Part shown: piece after piece, positions 34,898 to 44,163 of the stretch
How the letters are laid out: every line of letters begins with the position of its first letter
Numbering within the stretch: the stretch's first letter is position 1
Assembly: GCA_964647635.1 (NCBI GenBank)
Contig: CAZYHY010000001.1
Location: 97,274 to 161,273, forward strand
Length of the DNA: 64,000 bases
From: an uncultured Nitrosomonas sp.
Lineage (GTDB): Bacteria; Pseudomonadota; Gammaproteobacteria; Burkholderiales; Nitrosomonadaceae
Direction: 5' to 3'
Translations under genes and position numbers: made by a program
The notes under the pieces: model-generated
Told to the model about the DNA's origin: nothing
The model's database searches: none
Seen by the model: the letters and a program-made list of their open reading frames with translations, nothing else

Positions 34898-35653
34898 TTG
34901 ATTTGCTACGAACACCCACTGAATGAGCGTATCCGTACTCTGTTACGGTTAGAGGATTTGTTTAATAGAATTGATTTCTTTTCAAATAAAGACTCAGCCA
35001 CTGAGCATCATGCTTCACTGATTGCGTTGTTTGAGATTCTTGAAATTACCAGTCGCGCAGACATCAAGTCAGACTTGTTGCAAGAACTTGAGAGACAAAA
35101 ACAAATACTTGAGATGTTACGCAAAAATCCAAATGTCTCGGAAACAGTACTTAATGAAGTACTGGATAGCATCAAAATCACCTTTAGAGAAATGTTGGAT
35201 TTACCTGGAAAGGTTGGCGAACATTTGCGTGAGAATGAATGGTTAATGGCAATCAAGCAACGAATCGGAATTCCAGGTGGTTGCTGTGCGTTTGACTTAC
35301 CTTCCTATCATTATTGGTTGAATTTAGATCCTATTCATCGCCACGAAGACTTCAATGGCTGGCTGGCGCCATTTCAACCGGTACGCAATGCTTTTGGAAT
35401 CGTACTTTATTTATTAAGAAAAAGTGGCAGAACCTTAAGAGCTGTTGCGAATCAAGGGGTTTTTCAGCTAACTGGATCAGAATATGCGGCGCATATGCTA
35501 AGACTTACCATGAATGATGATCTGCCTTGTGTGCCCGAAATCAGCGCGAATAAATACGCGCTGAATATCCGCTTTACCCCTTCTCAATCAAGTCAAAGAA
35601 GCAAAGCATATGAAGGCGATGTCTCATTTGAAATCACCTTCTGTAATCTATAA
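34898..35653 (+). CDS. zapD: Cell division protein ZapD
   Basis: YEHPLNERIRTLLRLE, PGG.C.FDLP, EISANKY; start probably TTG 34898. Confidence 0.93.
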   Translation: MICYEHPLNERIRTLLRLEDLFNRIDFFSNKDSATEHHASLIALFEILEITSRADIKSDLLQELERQKQILEMLRKNPNVSETVLNEVLDSIKITFREMLDLPGKVGEHLRENEWLMAIKQRIGIPGGCCAFDLPSYHYWLNLDPIHRHEDFNGWLAPFQPVRNAFGIVLYLLRKSGRTLRAVANQGVFQLTGSEYAAHMLRLTMNDDLPCVPEISANKYALNIRFTPSQSSQRSKAYEGDVSFEITFCNL

Positions 35654-35770
35654 CGATATTTCAAGTCATTCCAGCAATACCCAAAAACAGCGTCTCTTTT
35701 TATATAAGTACATAACAGGGTTTATTGTTACTCCATGTAGTACTGTGAAATCTCAATTTTCTTTATTTAG

Positions 35771-35813
35771 CCCGGATTTTCCATTAGAAAATTTACCTAA
35801 TGGAAAATCCGGG
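35771..35813. repeat. Perfect 17-bp inverted repeat (REP-like hairpin)
   Basis: CCCGGATTTTCCATTAG-aaaatttac-CTAATGGAAAATCCGGG. Confidence 0.85.
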
Positions 35814-35855
35814 ATCAAAAAATATCTCTAAAAAAACAAATACAAGAAATGGAGA

Positions 35856-35904
35856 TCTGTATGTGAGAATTCTCACATACAGAAAGTAGGTTTTTTACTA
35901 TACT
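35856..35904 (+). promoter_or_regulatory. CRP-type box with class II promoter geometry upstream of the FecR-TPR-barrel gene
   Basis: 28-bp perfect palindrome TCTGTATGTGAGAATTCTCACATACAGA containing TGTGA-N6-TCACA (35862-35877); TATACT at 35899-35904 puts the box centre at -41.5. Confidence 0.8.
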
Positions 35905-36075
35905 CTGATGCAAACTCGATAAATATCGAATGCCCGGATTAGGTATAAGGTCATCGGCTTCGTATAATGAGCAGCTGGTTGCGACGTTAAGTTCTCGAAT
36001 ATTTGGTTTTTCTGCAATTAAATATTATACGGCGCTCATTTTTGTGAGCTCGTACAAGCAAAGAAAGATTAATTA

Positions 36076-39000
36076 ATGAAGACATGTTGGTCAATTGCGA
36101 CTTATCTGTGTCACAGAAAACTTTCGAGTATGCTGTTCACTGTTTTTACGGTGATATTTTGGGAAGCTCATATAAGTAAAGCGCATGCGACAACATTCTG
36201 CAAATTGGAAGTTGCACGAATTGTATCGATGCAGGGGGTTATCGAATTGCGGCGCGAACAAAGGACAAAATGGCAACAAGTCGAGATGAATACAACGCTG
36301 TGCGCAGGAGACATGATCCGCGCCCGGTCGCACAGCCGCGCAGCGCTGCGCTTGAGTAACGACAGCATGCTGCGGCTTGATCAAAAAACCAGTATCGCAT
36401 TTCCGCAATTGCAGGAAGAAAAAGGCACCTCGTTGCTGGATTTATTGGAAGGCGCGATCCACATCATCACGCGTACGCCGAGGCCCTTTAAAATCAGAAC
36501 ACCGTTTGTCAATGCGAGTGTGGAAGGCACGGAATTCTTCGTCGGCGTTCGCGAGGACAATTCCGAAGTTGTTGTTTATGAAGGTAAGGTGTCTGTCGGC
36601 AATGATCTGGGCAATCTTGTATTAAGCGATCACGAAGCGGCGATTACCTTCAAGGACCAAGCGCCACGACAAGAGATCATTATTCGCCCAACCGATGCGG
36701 TGCAGTGGGCTTTGTATTATCCGTCGATCGCAGATTATTGGCAGCGTGCTGAAGTAAAAAAAGCACAGGATCTCAGTAGCCAAATCCAAGAAGCGGGCCG
36801 CTTGCTGGCTGTCGGACAAGCGCATGAAGCCAAAAGAAATGTCCAGCAAGTACTCCGGCTTGAGCCCGACAACAGTGATGCACATGCGCTGCTCGCAATC
36901 ATCGCCGTGACGCAGAACGAAAAAGATCAGGCATTTGATCTAGCGACTAAAGCAGTGACGCTCAATCAGCAATCTGCCGCTGCGTATTTAGCGCTCTCCT
37001 ATACACAACAAGCGCATTTTGAAATTGAAGCGGCACTGAAAAGTGTACAAAAAGCAGTCACGCTCGACGCAGATAATGCGCTTGCCTGGGCACGGATCGC
37101 TGAATTGCAGATGTCGCTGGGGGATTTGGATCGTGCGCTGGATTCCGCACGACACGCGGTAAATTTGCAACCCGATCTGGCCAAAACGCAAACCGTATTG
37201 GGCTTTGCCAATCTGCTGCAAATCGATACCCAGACGGCAAAAACAATCTTCACTCGCGCGATTGCACTGGATCAGGCGGATCCGATGCCGCGGCTGGGTT
37301 TAGGGTTGGCTTTGATTCGCGAAAGCGAATTGGAAGCGGGTCGCATAGAGCTGGAAATCGCCGCCAGCCTGGATCCGGCAAATTCACTGATCCGCAGCTA
37401 CCTCGGTAAAGCGTATTTTGAGGAAAAGCGTTATTCGCTGTCCAGCACGCAATTTGACCTAGCCAAAGAACGTGATCCGAAAGACCCGACGCCCTGGTTC
37501 TACGATGCTATTCAAAAGCAAACGCAGAATCGGCCCATCGAGGCCTTGCATGATATTCAAAAATCGATAGAACTGAATAATAACCGCGCCGTGTATCGAT
37601 CCAAGTTGCTATTGGATCGAGATGCAGCGGCCCGCGGCTCCAGTCTGGCGCGAATTTTTGAGAACTTGGGGTTTGAAAGGCGTGCGATCATGGAAACCGC
37701 CAAGTCGCTGAGCTTTGATCCCGCCAATTATTCTGCACACCGGTTTTTATCGGATACCTACGCTCATATCCCACGCCATGAAGCCGCTCGTGTCAGCGAG
37801 CTCCTGCAAGCACAGCTTTTGCAACCGATTAACGTCAATCCGGTGCAGCCGCATATGGCAGTCGCGGATCTTAATATCATTAACAACACCCGCCCATCTG
37901 CACCAGGTTTTGATGAGTTTGCGCCATTGATGGAACGCAATAAATCTCAAGTGGTTGCGTCAGGAATTGTAGGAAACAATGGTACTTTAGGCAATGAAGT
38001 GGTTTTATCCAAGCTCTATGATCGAACATCAATCAGTCTTGGACAATTTCATTATGAAACGAATGGATTTAGACCTAATAACGATCAGAACCACAATATT
38101 TATAATGTCTTCGTACAGCATGCATTTACACCAAAATTTAATGCTCAAGCAGAATTTCGTGCGCGCGAAACCCAGCATGGCGATATTACACTTAATTTTA
38201 ATCCAGACTTTTTTTCTCAGATTAGCTCCCTGAAATATAAAGAAGCTACAGCACGTACTGGATTTCGCTATGCAATTTCACCTGAACAAGATTTTATTGT
38301 TTCGGCAATGTATAAAAATAGAGACGCTCAGAGCACTGCACAAAACTTTGGTCAGAAAGAAGTAAGCGCAACGAAAATTTCTAATAGTTATCAAATTGAA
38401 GCACAACATCATCTTAGAAAACACTTTATTAAATTCGTGACTGGTGGCGGTATCTATGAGATCTGGTCTAATCAAAGCTGTTCGTCATGTAATAAAGATT
38501 CAAATGAACAGAATCATAATTTGCATCTCTATTCAAATATAAACTTACAGGCCAATATGGCTGCAACTCTTGGGGTAGGCTATAACGCCTACAAGAACGA
38601 TACCGGAATTGTAGAAATTCCAGCATATCATTTTAGTCAAGTTGATCCTAAAATCGGTTTTCAGTGGGATGTAATGACTAATGTAAGGCTAAGAGCTGCA
38701 TGGTTTGAAACGGTTAGATCAGGTTTGATTGCACAACAAACGCTTGAGCCGACGCAAGTGGCTGGCTTTAATCAATTATATGATGAGCCGGTTGGAACAA
38801 GATCAAGACGAAAGGGTGCGGGTCTGGATATACGGATCTCAAAAAATTATTACGGTGGTATAGAGGGATCTATTCGCCATCTAGCTGTGCCGATCTTGGA
38901 TGTAGCTGGAAGGGGCAAAGATCAACGACTTGTGAATGCGATTGAAAACCAAGAAGAGTTATTATATCGTGCTTACTTATATGGATCGTTCAATCCGAAT

Positions 39001-39453
39001 TGGTCATTTACCAGCGAGTTACAGTACGAAAAGTTCTCTAGAAATGAAAATCCAATTAGAAATCTTATCGAACCGAATCATATTGATACGTTAAGTATAC
39101 CAACCAGTCTGAGTTATTTTAATCCAAATGGCCTATTCTTTAGGCTTACAGGCACTTATGTCAGGCAGGATTTAGAAAGGCTCAGCAGAAAAGCTAGTAC
39201 TAATTACTACAAGAATATCACTGGGGAATATCCTAAAGATATAAAAATTGAAGGTATAGATAGCTTTTATTTATTCGATGCTTCAATCGGATACCGCTTG
39301 CCACAAAGAAAAGGTTTAATTAGTTTTGAAGGCAGAAATCTCTTAGATGAAGATTTTTATTTCAGAAACCCGCAGTTCTATGGCTCTCAGCCAATACCCC
39401 CTCGTTATTCGCCTTTTCGGGCAATACTTGTTCAAGTAACTTTAAATTTCTAA
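36076..39453 (+). CDS. Large outer-membrane protein: signal peptide, FecR-like domain, TPR array, C-terminal beta-barrel
   Basis: AHA cleavage site; GD.IR...SRA.L.L..DSMLRLDQ.T and F.IRTP..ASV.GTEF (FecR-like); repeated TPRs; amphipathic strands ending VQVTLNF. Confidence 0.85.
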   Translation: MKTCWSIATYLCHRKLSSMLFTVFTVIFWEAHISKAHATTFCKLEVARIVSMQGVIELRREQRTKWQQVEMNTTLCAGDMIRARSHSRAALRLSNDSMLRLDQKTSIAFPQLQEEKGTSLLDLLEGAIHIITRTPRPFKIRTPFVNASVEGTEFFVGVREDNSEVVVYEGKVSVGNDLGNLVLSDHEAAITFKDQAPRQEIIIRPTDAVQWALYYPSIADYWQRAEVKKAQDLSSQIQEAGRLLAVGQAHEAKRNVQQVLRLEPDNSDAHALLAIIAVTQNEKDQAFDLATKAVTLNQQSAAAYLALSYTQQAHFEIEAALKSVQKAVTLDADNALAWARIAELQMSLGDLDRALDSARHAVNLQPDLAKTQTVLGFANLLQIDTQTAKTIFTRAIALDQADPMPRLGLGLALIRESELEAGRIELEIAASLDPANSLIRSYLGKAYFEEKRYSLSSTQFDLAKERDPKDPTPWFYDAIQKQTQNRPIEALHDIQKSIELNNNRAVYRSKLLLDRDAAARGSSLARIFENLGFERRAIMETAKSLSFDPANYSAHRFLSDTYAHIPRHEAARVSELLQAQLLQPINVNPVQPHMAVADLNIINNTRPSAPGFDEFAPLMERNKSQVVASGIVGNNGTLGNEVVLSKLYDRTSISLGQFHYETNGFRPNNDQNHNIYNVFVQHAFTPKFNAQAEFRARETQHGDITLNFNPDFFSQISSLKYKEATARTGFRYAISPEQDFIVSAMYKNRDAQSTAQNFGQKEVSATKISNSYQIEAQHHLRKHFIKFVTGGGIYEIWSNQSCSSCNKDSNEQNHNLHLYSNINLQANMAATLGVGYNAYKNDTGIVEIPAYHFSQVDPKIGFQWDVMTNVRLRAAWFETVRSGLIAQQTLEPTQVAGFNQLYDEPVGTRSRRKGAGLDIRISKNYYGGIEGSIRHLAVPILDVAGRGKDQRLVNAIENQEELLYRAYLYGSFNPNWSFTSELQYEKFSRNENPIRNLIEPNHIDTLSIPTSLSYFNPNGLFFRLTGTYVRQDLERLSRKASTNYYKNITGEYPKDIKIEGIDSFYLFDASIGYRLPQRKGLISFEGRNLLDEDFYFRNPQFYGSQPIPPRYSPFRAILVQVTLNF

Positions 39454-39465
39454 ATGGAGAAAATT

Positions 39466-40008
39466 ATGGCAGAAAATATCTCAGGTTTTTTTTCAGGGGC
39501 ATGGGAAAAGATTCGGAATAATAAAATAATCAGCGTATTAATTGTGATTATAGGGCTCTTGGTATGGTTAATAGTAAAAGCTAATAGCATATCCATGAAC
39601 GAACTTAATACTCCTTCAGATCATCTTTTTTTATCAAAAACTATTCAACCTAATATTATCGAGTTAAATAGAAAGAGCATTAATGGTTTAAAAGAGCAGC
39701 TTGCGAATATTAAATCGATAATAGTATTTACAGAGAAAGAGGATAAAAATCCAGAAACACAAGATCTAGAAGTAACTTATCTTGTAACCAAGGCGAAATC
39801 TCATAAACAACCTTATCATTCAAGCTTTGGAGAGACAGTATTGCAATATGCAAGTGGGAGCAATCTTGCTTTTGCTACAAATTGCACCCCCCCCGAATAT
39901 ATTGGTGGTATGACACGTTATAAACATGGTACGTGTACTGGACCGACTTTCTACGAAGGTACCGACATAATCAAAACGCCTAGAGTATGTACGTGCGTGC
40001 CAAGATAA
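39466..40008 (+). CDS. Membrane-anchored hypothetical protein with a four-Cys C-terminal peptide
   Basis: One hydrophobic helix IISVLIVIIGLLVWLIV; all four Cys lie in the last 43 aa; GGAGA before ATG 39466 (alternative start 39454 abuts the upstream stop). Confidence 0.75.
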   Translation: MAENISGFFSGAWEKIRNNKIISVLIVIIGLLVWLIVKANSISMNELNTPSDHLFLSKTIQPNIIELNRKSINGLKEQLANIKSIIVFTEKEDKNPETQDLEVTYLVTKAKSHKQPYHSSFGETVLQYASGSNLAFATNCTPPEYIGGMTRYKHGTCTGPTFYEGTDIIKTPRVCTCVPR

Positions 40009-40054
40009 AATATTAGCGACTTGTCACCGCACAAACGCGGCTCTATATCGATAT

Positions 40055-40807
40055 CTAAAGCATAGCTAATCCTAGAAAACTATTATCAAGTATCCCTCCC
40101 ACATGGAGGGTTGAGGTTTGATAATTATTAATAATCCTAGCCGCATCATTGATTACAAGATCCGCTAATTCTGCATCAGTCCAGGCAATAGACGAGGGTG
40201 AGCTGTTCAAGGCATTAAAAAGTAATGCTTGGTTTTGATAAAAGCTTCCGTTGTCTATAATGGGTTCAATTTGCTCGAATTCATTTTTGTCTAATCTCGA
40301 GAATATATTTATCAATGTGCCATAAAATAAGGATTCTAGATTTGCAGTCGTAGCTGCGAATTCGCCCAAATGTTTGACACCTGATTCATCTGAGTCGTAT
40401 TTACCATCCCAAACCTGAAAGTCAGCTACTGGATCAAAGAAAGGATCATAAGAAGGAAAGTAATCTGGATCGCCGATTAAGGGTTGTACCTTCTCTCGTA
40501 GAGAAGTGGTCGATAAAATTCCTGTCTTAGTGTCAAAGTCCACAAGACTCTCTAAAACTCCTAAGTCAGAATTTACTAATTTTCTTGTGTTATTAAGATT
40601 ACTGGGATCATCAATGCCGGCAGATTTAAAATATCCGCTAATCTCACTCTCTGAATATTTTGTGATTTCGCTAAGCATAGGAATCGTCACAAAATAAGTG
40701 AGGGCAGCTTCAAATATCAACTTTGGTTGTTCAATATTCAAATCAATAAAATCATTTGCTTGTTGAATCGTAATTCCAAATTTAGCTAAATGTGATTCTG
40801 CTGACAT
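40055..40807 (-). CDS. Acidic hypothetical protein, 250 aa, no signal peptide
   Basis: Long ORF in AT-rich DNA with AAGGGAGA RBS; no family recognised. Confidence 0.8.
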   Translation of the reverse strand: MSAESHLAKFGITIQQANDFIDLNIEQPKLIFEAALTYFVTIPMLSEITKYSESEISGYFKSAGIDDPSNLNNTRKLVNSDLGVLESLVDFDTKTGILSTTSLREKVQPLIGDPDYFPSYDPFFDPVADFQVWDGKYDSDESGVKHLGEFAATTANLESLFYGTLINIFSRLDKNEFEQIEPIIDNGSFYQNQALLFNALNSSPSSIAWTDAELADLVINDAARIINNYQTSTLHVGGILDNSFLGLAML

Positions 40808-40913
40808 GAAATTCTCCCTTAATTCATCTAATTAACAGCGGCGGAGCTGCTAGTAACTATCTGTTTTAATTCATTGAAGGCTGGGATAAACAAGAACAAA
40901 ATAGCTTAGTACT

Positions 40914-40959
40914 ATTATATGTCGAATGTTGTAATTCGCATGAGAGATTTTTCACATGC
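40914..40959 (-). promoter_or_regulatory. Second CRP-type box with class II geometry driving the 250-aa gene
   Basis: Minus strand GCA-TGTGA-aaaatc-TCTCA-TGC (core 40941-40956) and perfect TATAAT at 40919-40914, giving a box centre at -41.5. Confidence 0.78.
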
Positions 40960-41056
40960 AGTGTAATGAAGTTATTGAAAATTCTAAGTTAAGCCATTCT
41001 CATATAGAATGCTATGTGTATCAAAAATTTTATTCACTTAGTTTGAAAGGATTAAA

Positions 41057-41776
41057 TTGGCTATCCGACAAATTTCACCCGATCGTGCCTGTGCATTTCT
41101 TTCGGTCATTAAAGAATTTAAGGACCTGTCTTTAACTGATCTGGAAGCTATCGCACAAGTTTGTCAGTGGTATCGCTATGGAGCTGGAGAAGAGATTGTG
41201 CGATATCACGATGATTCCAATAGTGTATTCTTCGTCACCCAAGGTGAGGCGCGTGTAAATTATAATTCTATGTCGGGCAAGGAAGTTATTTTGTGCGATC
41301 TGGTTACGGGTGAGATATTTGGTGAATTGACGGCGATTGACGGTCAATCACGATCAGCTAATGTTGTCGCCAAAACCAGTACTTTACTGGCATGTATTTC
41401 CTCATCGGCTTTTCAGGAATTAATTTTTAGCAATCGGCAGATTGCGGCGGCAATTTTGCAAAGGTTGACTGGGCAGATACGTCGATTGACTGAGCGGGTT
41501 TTTGAATCCGATACATTGAAAGTGCCTAATCGTATCCGCGCTAAATTGCTGCATCTTGCCAAGACGCAGGCAACGATATCCAACAATCAGGCAACTATTT
41601 CAGCAGTACCCACGCATGTTGAATTGGCTTGCCTTATTGGTACGCATCGCGAGGCTGTAACGCGGGAGCTCAATGAGCTGGAAGCTGGGAATATCATTGC
41701 GCGTGAAGGTGATGTGATACATATTCTCGATGTGGCAAGGTTAACTGAGTTGGTTGAGAGTGTTCGTTGTATGTAA
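41057..41776 (+). CDS. Crp/Fnr family regulator of CRP type (cNMP-binding)
   Basis: FGEL.AIDG..RSA phosphate-binding cassette; HTH recognition helix HREAVTR comparable to CRP SRETVGR; TTG start after AAGGA. Confidence 0.9.
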   Translation: MAIRQISPDRACAFLSVIKEFKDLSLTDLEAIAQVCQWYRYGAGEEIVRYHDDSNSVFFVTQGEARVNYNSMSGKEVILCDLVTGEIFGELTAIDGQSRSANVVAKTSTLLACISSSAFQELIFSNRQIAAAILQRLTGQIRRLTERVFESDTLKVPNRIRAKLLHLAKTQATISNNQATISAVPTHVELACLIGTHREAVTRELNELEAGNIIAREGDVIHILDVARLTELVESVRCM

Positions 41777-41817
41777 AAAACTTGCTGATGCCTTGCGGTA
41801 ATCCTGGCAGTCAAATA

Positions 41818-41848
41818 AAAAAGCACACCATAAATTGGTGTGCTTTTT
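41818..41848. terminator. Bidirectional rho-independent terminator between the crp-like gene and hppA
   Basis: AAAAAGCACACCA-taaat-TGGTGTGCTTTTT between convergent genes. Confidence 0.8.
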
Positions 41849-41866
41849 AACTTACGTAACAGATTA

Positions 41867-43924
41867 TTACAGCAGTGGAATAATCAGCAATGCCACAATG
41901 TTAATAATCTTGATCAATGGATTGATCGCTGGGCCTGCAGTGTCTTTGTAAGGATCGCCTACAGTGTCGCCAGTTACCGAGGCTTTGTGCGCTTCACTGC
42001 CTTTGCCGCCAAAGTGGCCATCTTCGATATATTTCTTCGCATTATCCCAAGCACCGCCACCGGTTGTCATGGAGATCGCAACAAACAGACCGGTTACGAT
42101 AGAACCCATCAGCACACCGCCCAAAGCTTGTGGTCCCAGAATCACGCCGACTAGTAAAGGAATCAGTACGGGTAATAATGAAGGGATCATCATTTCTTTA
42201 ATGGCTGCCTGAGTCAGCATATCCACTGCGCGTGAATAATCAGGCTTGGCTGTACCTTCCATGATACCGGGAATCTCTTTGAACTGACGGCGTACTTCAA
42301 TCACAACTGATCCGGCAGCACGTCCGACAGCTTCCATCGACATGGCACCAAATAAGTAGGGAATCATACCGCCAATAAAGAGGCCGATAATAACCATGTG
42401 ATTGGATAAATCAAAGGTTATCGTATGCCCGGCGTGCTCCAGTGCGTGGGTGTAGTCAGCAAACAATACCAATGCGGCTAAACCGGCAGAACCGATGGCA
42501 TAACCTTTGGTAACAGCCTTTGTGGTATTGCCGACGGCATCCAGAGGATCGGTAATGGCACGGACTGAATCAGGCATTTCTGACATTTCAGCGATACCAC
42601 CAGCGTTATCAGTAATCGGGCCATAAGCATCCAGAGCCACGATAATACCGGTCATGGAAAGCATTGCAGTTGCAGCAATCGCAATACCGTACAGACCTGC
42701 TAACGCATACGCCAATAAAATACTGATACAAACAGCCATCACAGGTGCTGCGGTTGAGCGCATTGAAACACCCAAACCGGCAATGATGTTGGTTGCATGT
42801 CCAGTGGTTGATGCTTCAGCGACATGTTGCACCGGTGGGAAATCTGTTGACGTGTAGTACTCGGTAATGACAACCATAAGTCCCGTCAGTATCAGACCGA
42901 TCGTTGCAGCCAGAAATATACGCATCACCAGCATGCCGCCAGCGACTTCGGTACCATCAATATTCAAAGACATATCGCCCATGAACCAAACGGTCACAGG
43001 CAGGTAAGCGAATAACGCGATACCGCCAGCAACAGCCAGCCCACGATAGAGTGCATTCATAATCTTGCCGCCTTCGCGCATCTTGACGTAGTAGCAGCCA
43101 ATAATGGATGCGACGATGGAAACCGCGCCTAACATTAATGGATAAATCACCGCATCAACAGCGTTGGTTGAAAATAGCAGCGCGCCCAAGATCATGGTAG
43201 CGATGATGGTTACCGCATAGGTTTCAAACAAATCAGCTGCCATACCTGCACAGTCGCCAACATTATCACCGACATTATCAGCAATCACCGCCGGATTACG
43301 TGGGTCATCTTCCGGAATACCGGCTTCCACTTTTCCAACCAGATCAGCACCTACGTCCGCACCTTTGGTGAAAATACCGCCACCCAAACGAGCAAAAATA
43401 GAAATCAGTGATCCGCCAAATGCAAAACCAATTAAAGGTTTAATTACATCGCTGACCGCTTGATTGGGATCGGCACCATCAAACAACATCGCGCAATATC
43501 CGGCAACACCCAGCAAACCTAGGCCGACTACCAGCATTCCGGTCACAGCACCACCACGGAAAGCAATGGCGAGCGCTTCATTCAATCCGACGGTTGCAGC
43601 CTGAGCGGTACGCACATTCGATTGAACTGAAACGTTCATACCAAGAAAACCGGCCGCACCCGAGAGGAGCGCGCCCAGAGCAAAGCCAATGGCTGTGTCC
43701 AAACTGAGTGCTATTGCAAGGGCGATAAATAAAACAACGCCCACGATACCGATCGTCATGTACTGGCGTTTCAGGTATGCGGATGCACCCTGTTGTATAG
43801 CGGCAGCAATTTCTTGCATGCGCTGGTTACCAGTCGATTGAACATATATGCCCCTAATCCATATACCACTGAATATCAGGGCTAAAATCGCGCTACCTAT
43901 TGCGATAACTAAACCATTAGCCAT
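41867..43924 (-). CDS. hppA: Membrane-bound proton-translocating pyrophosphatase, K+-independent type
   Basis: [26 protein letters not shown] (Lys form), [10 protein letters not shown]; start at ATG 43924 after GGAG. Confidence 0.95.
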   Translation of the reverse strand: MANGLVIAIGSAILALIFSGIWIRGIYVQSTGNQRMQEIAAAIQQGASAYLKRQYMTIGIVGVVLFIALAIALSLDTAIGFALGALLSGAAGFLGMNVSVQSNVRTAQAATVGLNEALAIAFRGGAVTGMLVVGLGLLGVAGYCAMLFDGADPNQAVSDVIKPLIGFAFGGSLISIFARLGGGIFTKGADVGADLVGKVEAGIPEDDPRNPAVIADNVGDNVGDCAGMAADLFETYAVTIIATMILGALLFSTNAVDAVIYPLMLGAVSIVASIIGCYYVKMREGGKIMNALYRGLAVAGGIALFAYLPVTVWFMGDMSLNIDGTEVAGGMLVMRIFLAATIGLILTGLMVVITEYYTSTDFPPVQHVAEASTTGHATNIIAGLGVSMRSTAAPVMAVCISILLAYALAGLYGIAIAATAMLSMTGIIVALDAYGPITDNAGGIAEMSEMPDSVRAITDPLDAVGNTTKAVTKGYAIGSAGLAALVLFADYTHALEHAGHTITFDLSNHMVIIGLFIGGMIPYLFGAMSMEAVGRAAGSVVIEVRRQFKEIPGIMEGTAKPDYSRAVDMLTQAAIKEMMIPSLLPVLIPLLVGVILGPQALGGVLMGSIVTGLFVAISMTTGGGAWDNAKKYIEDGHFGGKGSEAHKASVTGDTVGDPYKDTAGPAINPLIKIINIVALLIIPLL

Positions 43925-44163
43925 AAAGAACTCCAATTAAAGTCAGACCACACAAAATCACATGCAGAATCTTGGCCTAAAAATTCCACATTATTAATCA
44001 CTTGTTAACAACCTAAATACGATCAGGGTGTATTTTAATATGTTCTTGTTACCTGAGTGCAGCAAATTTCATGAAATTTGGATTGCCGGATAACAGGAGT
44101 AAGATTGTATGACTCCATTACAACACCCAAACACAACACTCAAGCCGGGCAATCCAGTTATTT

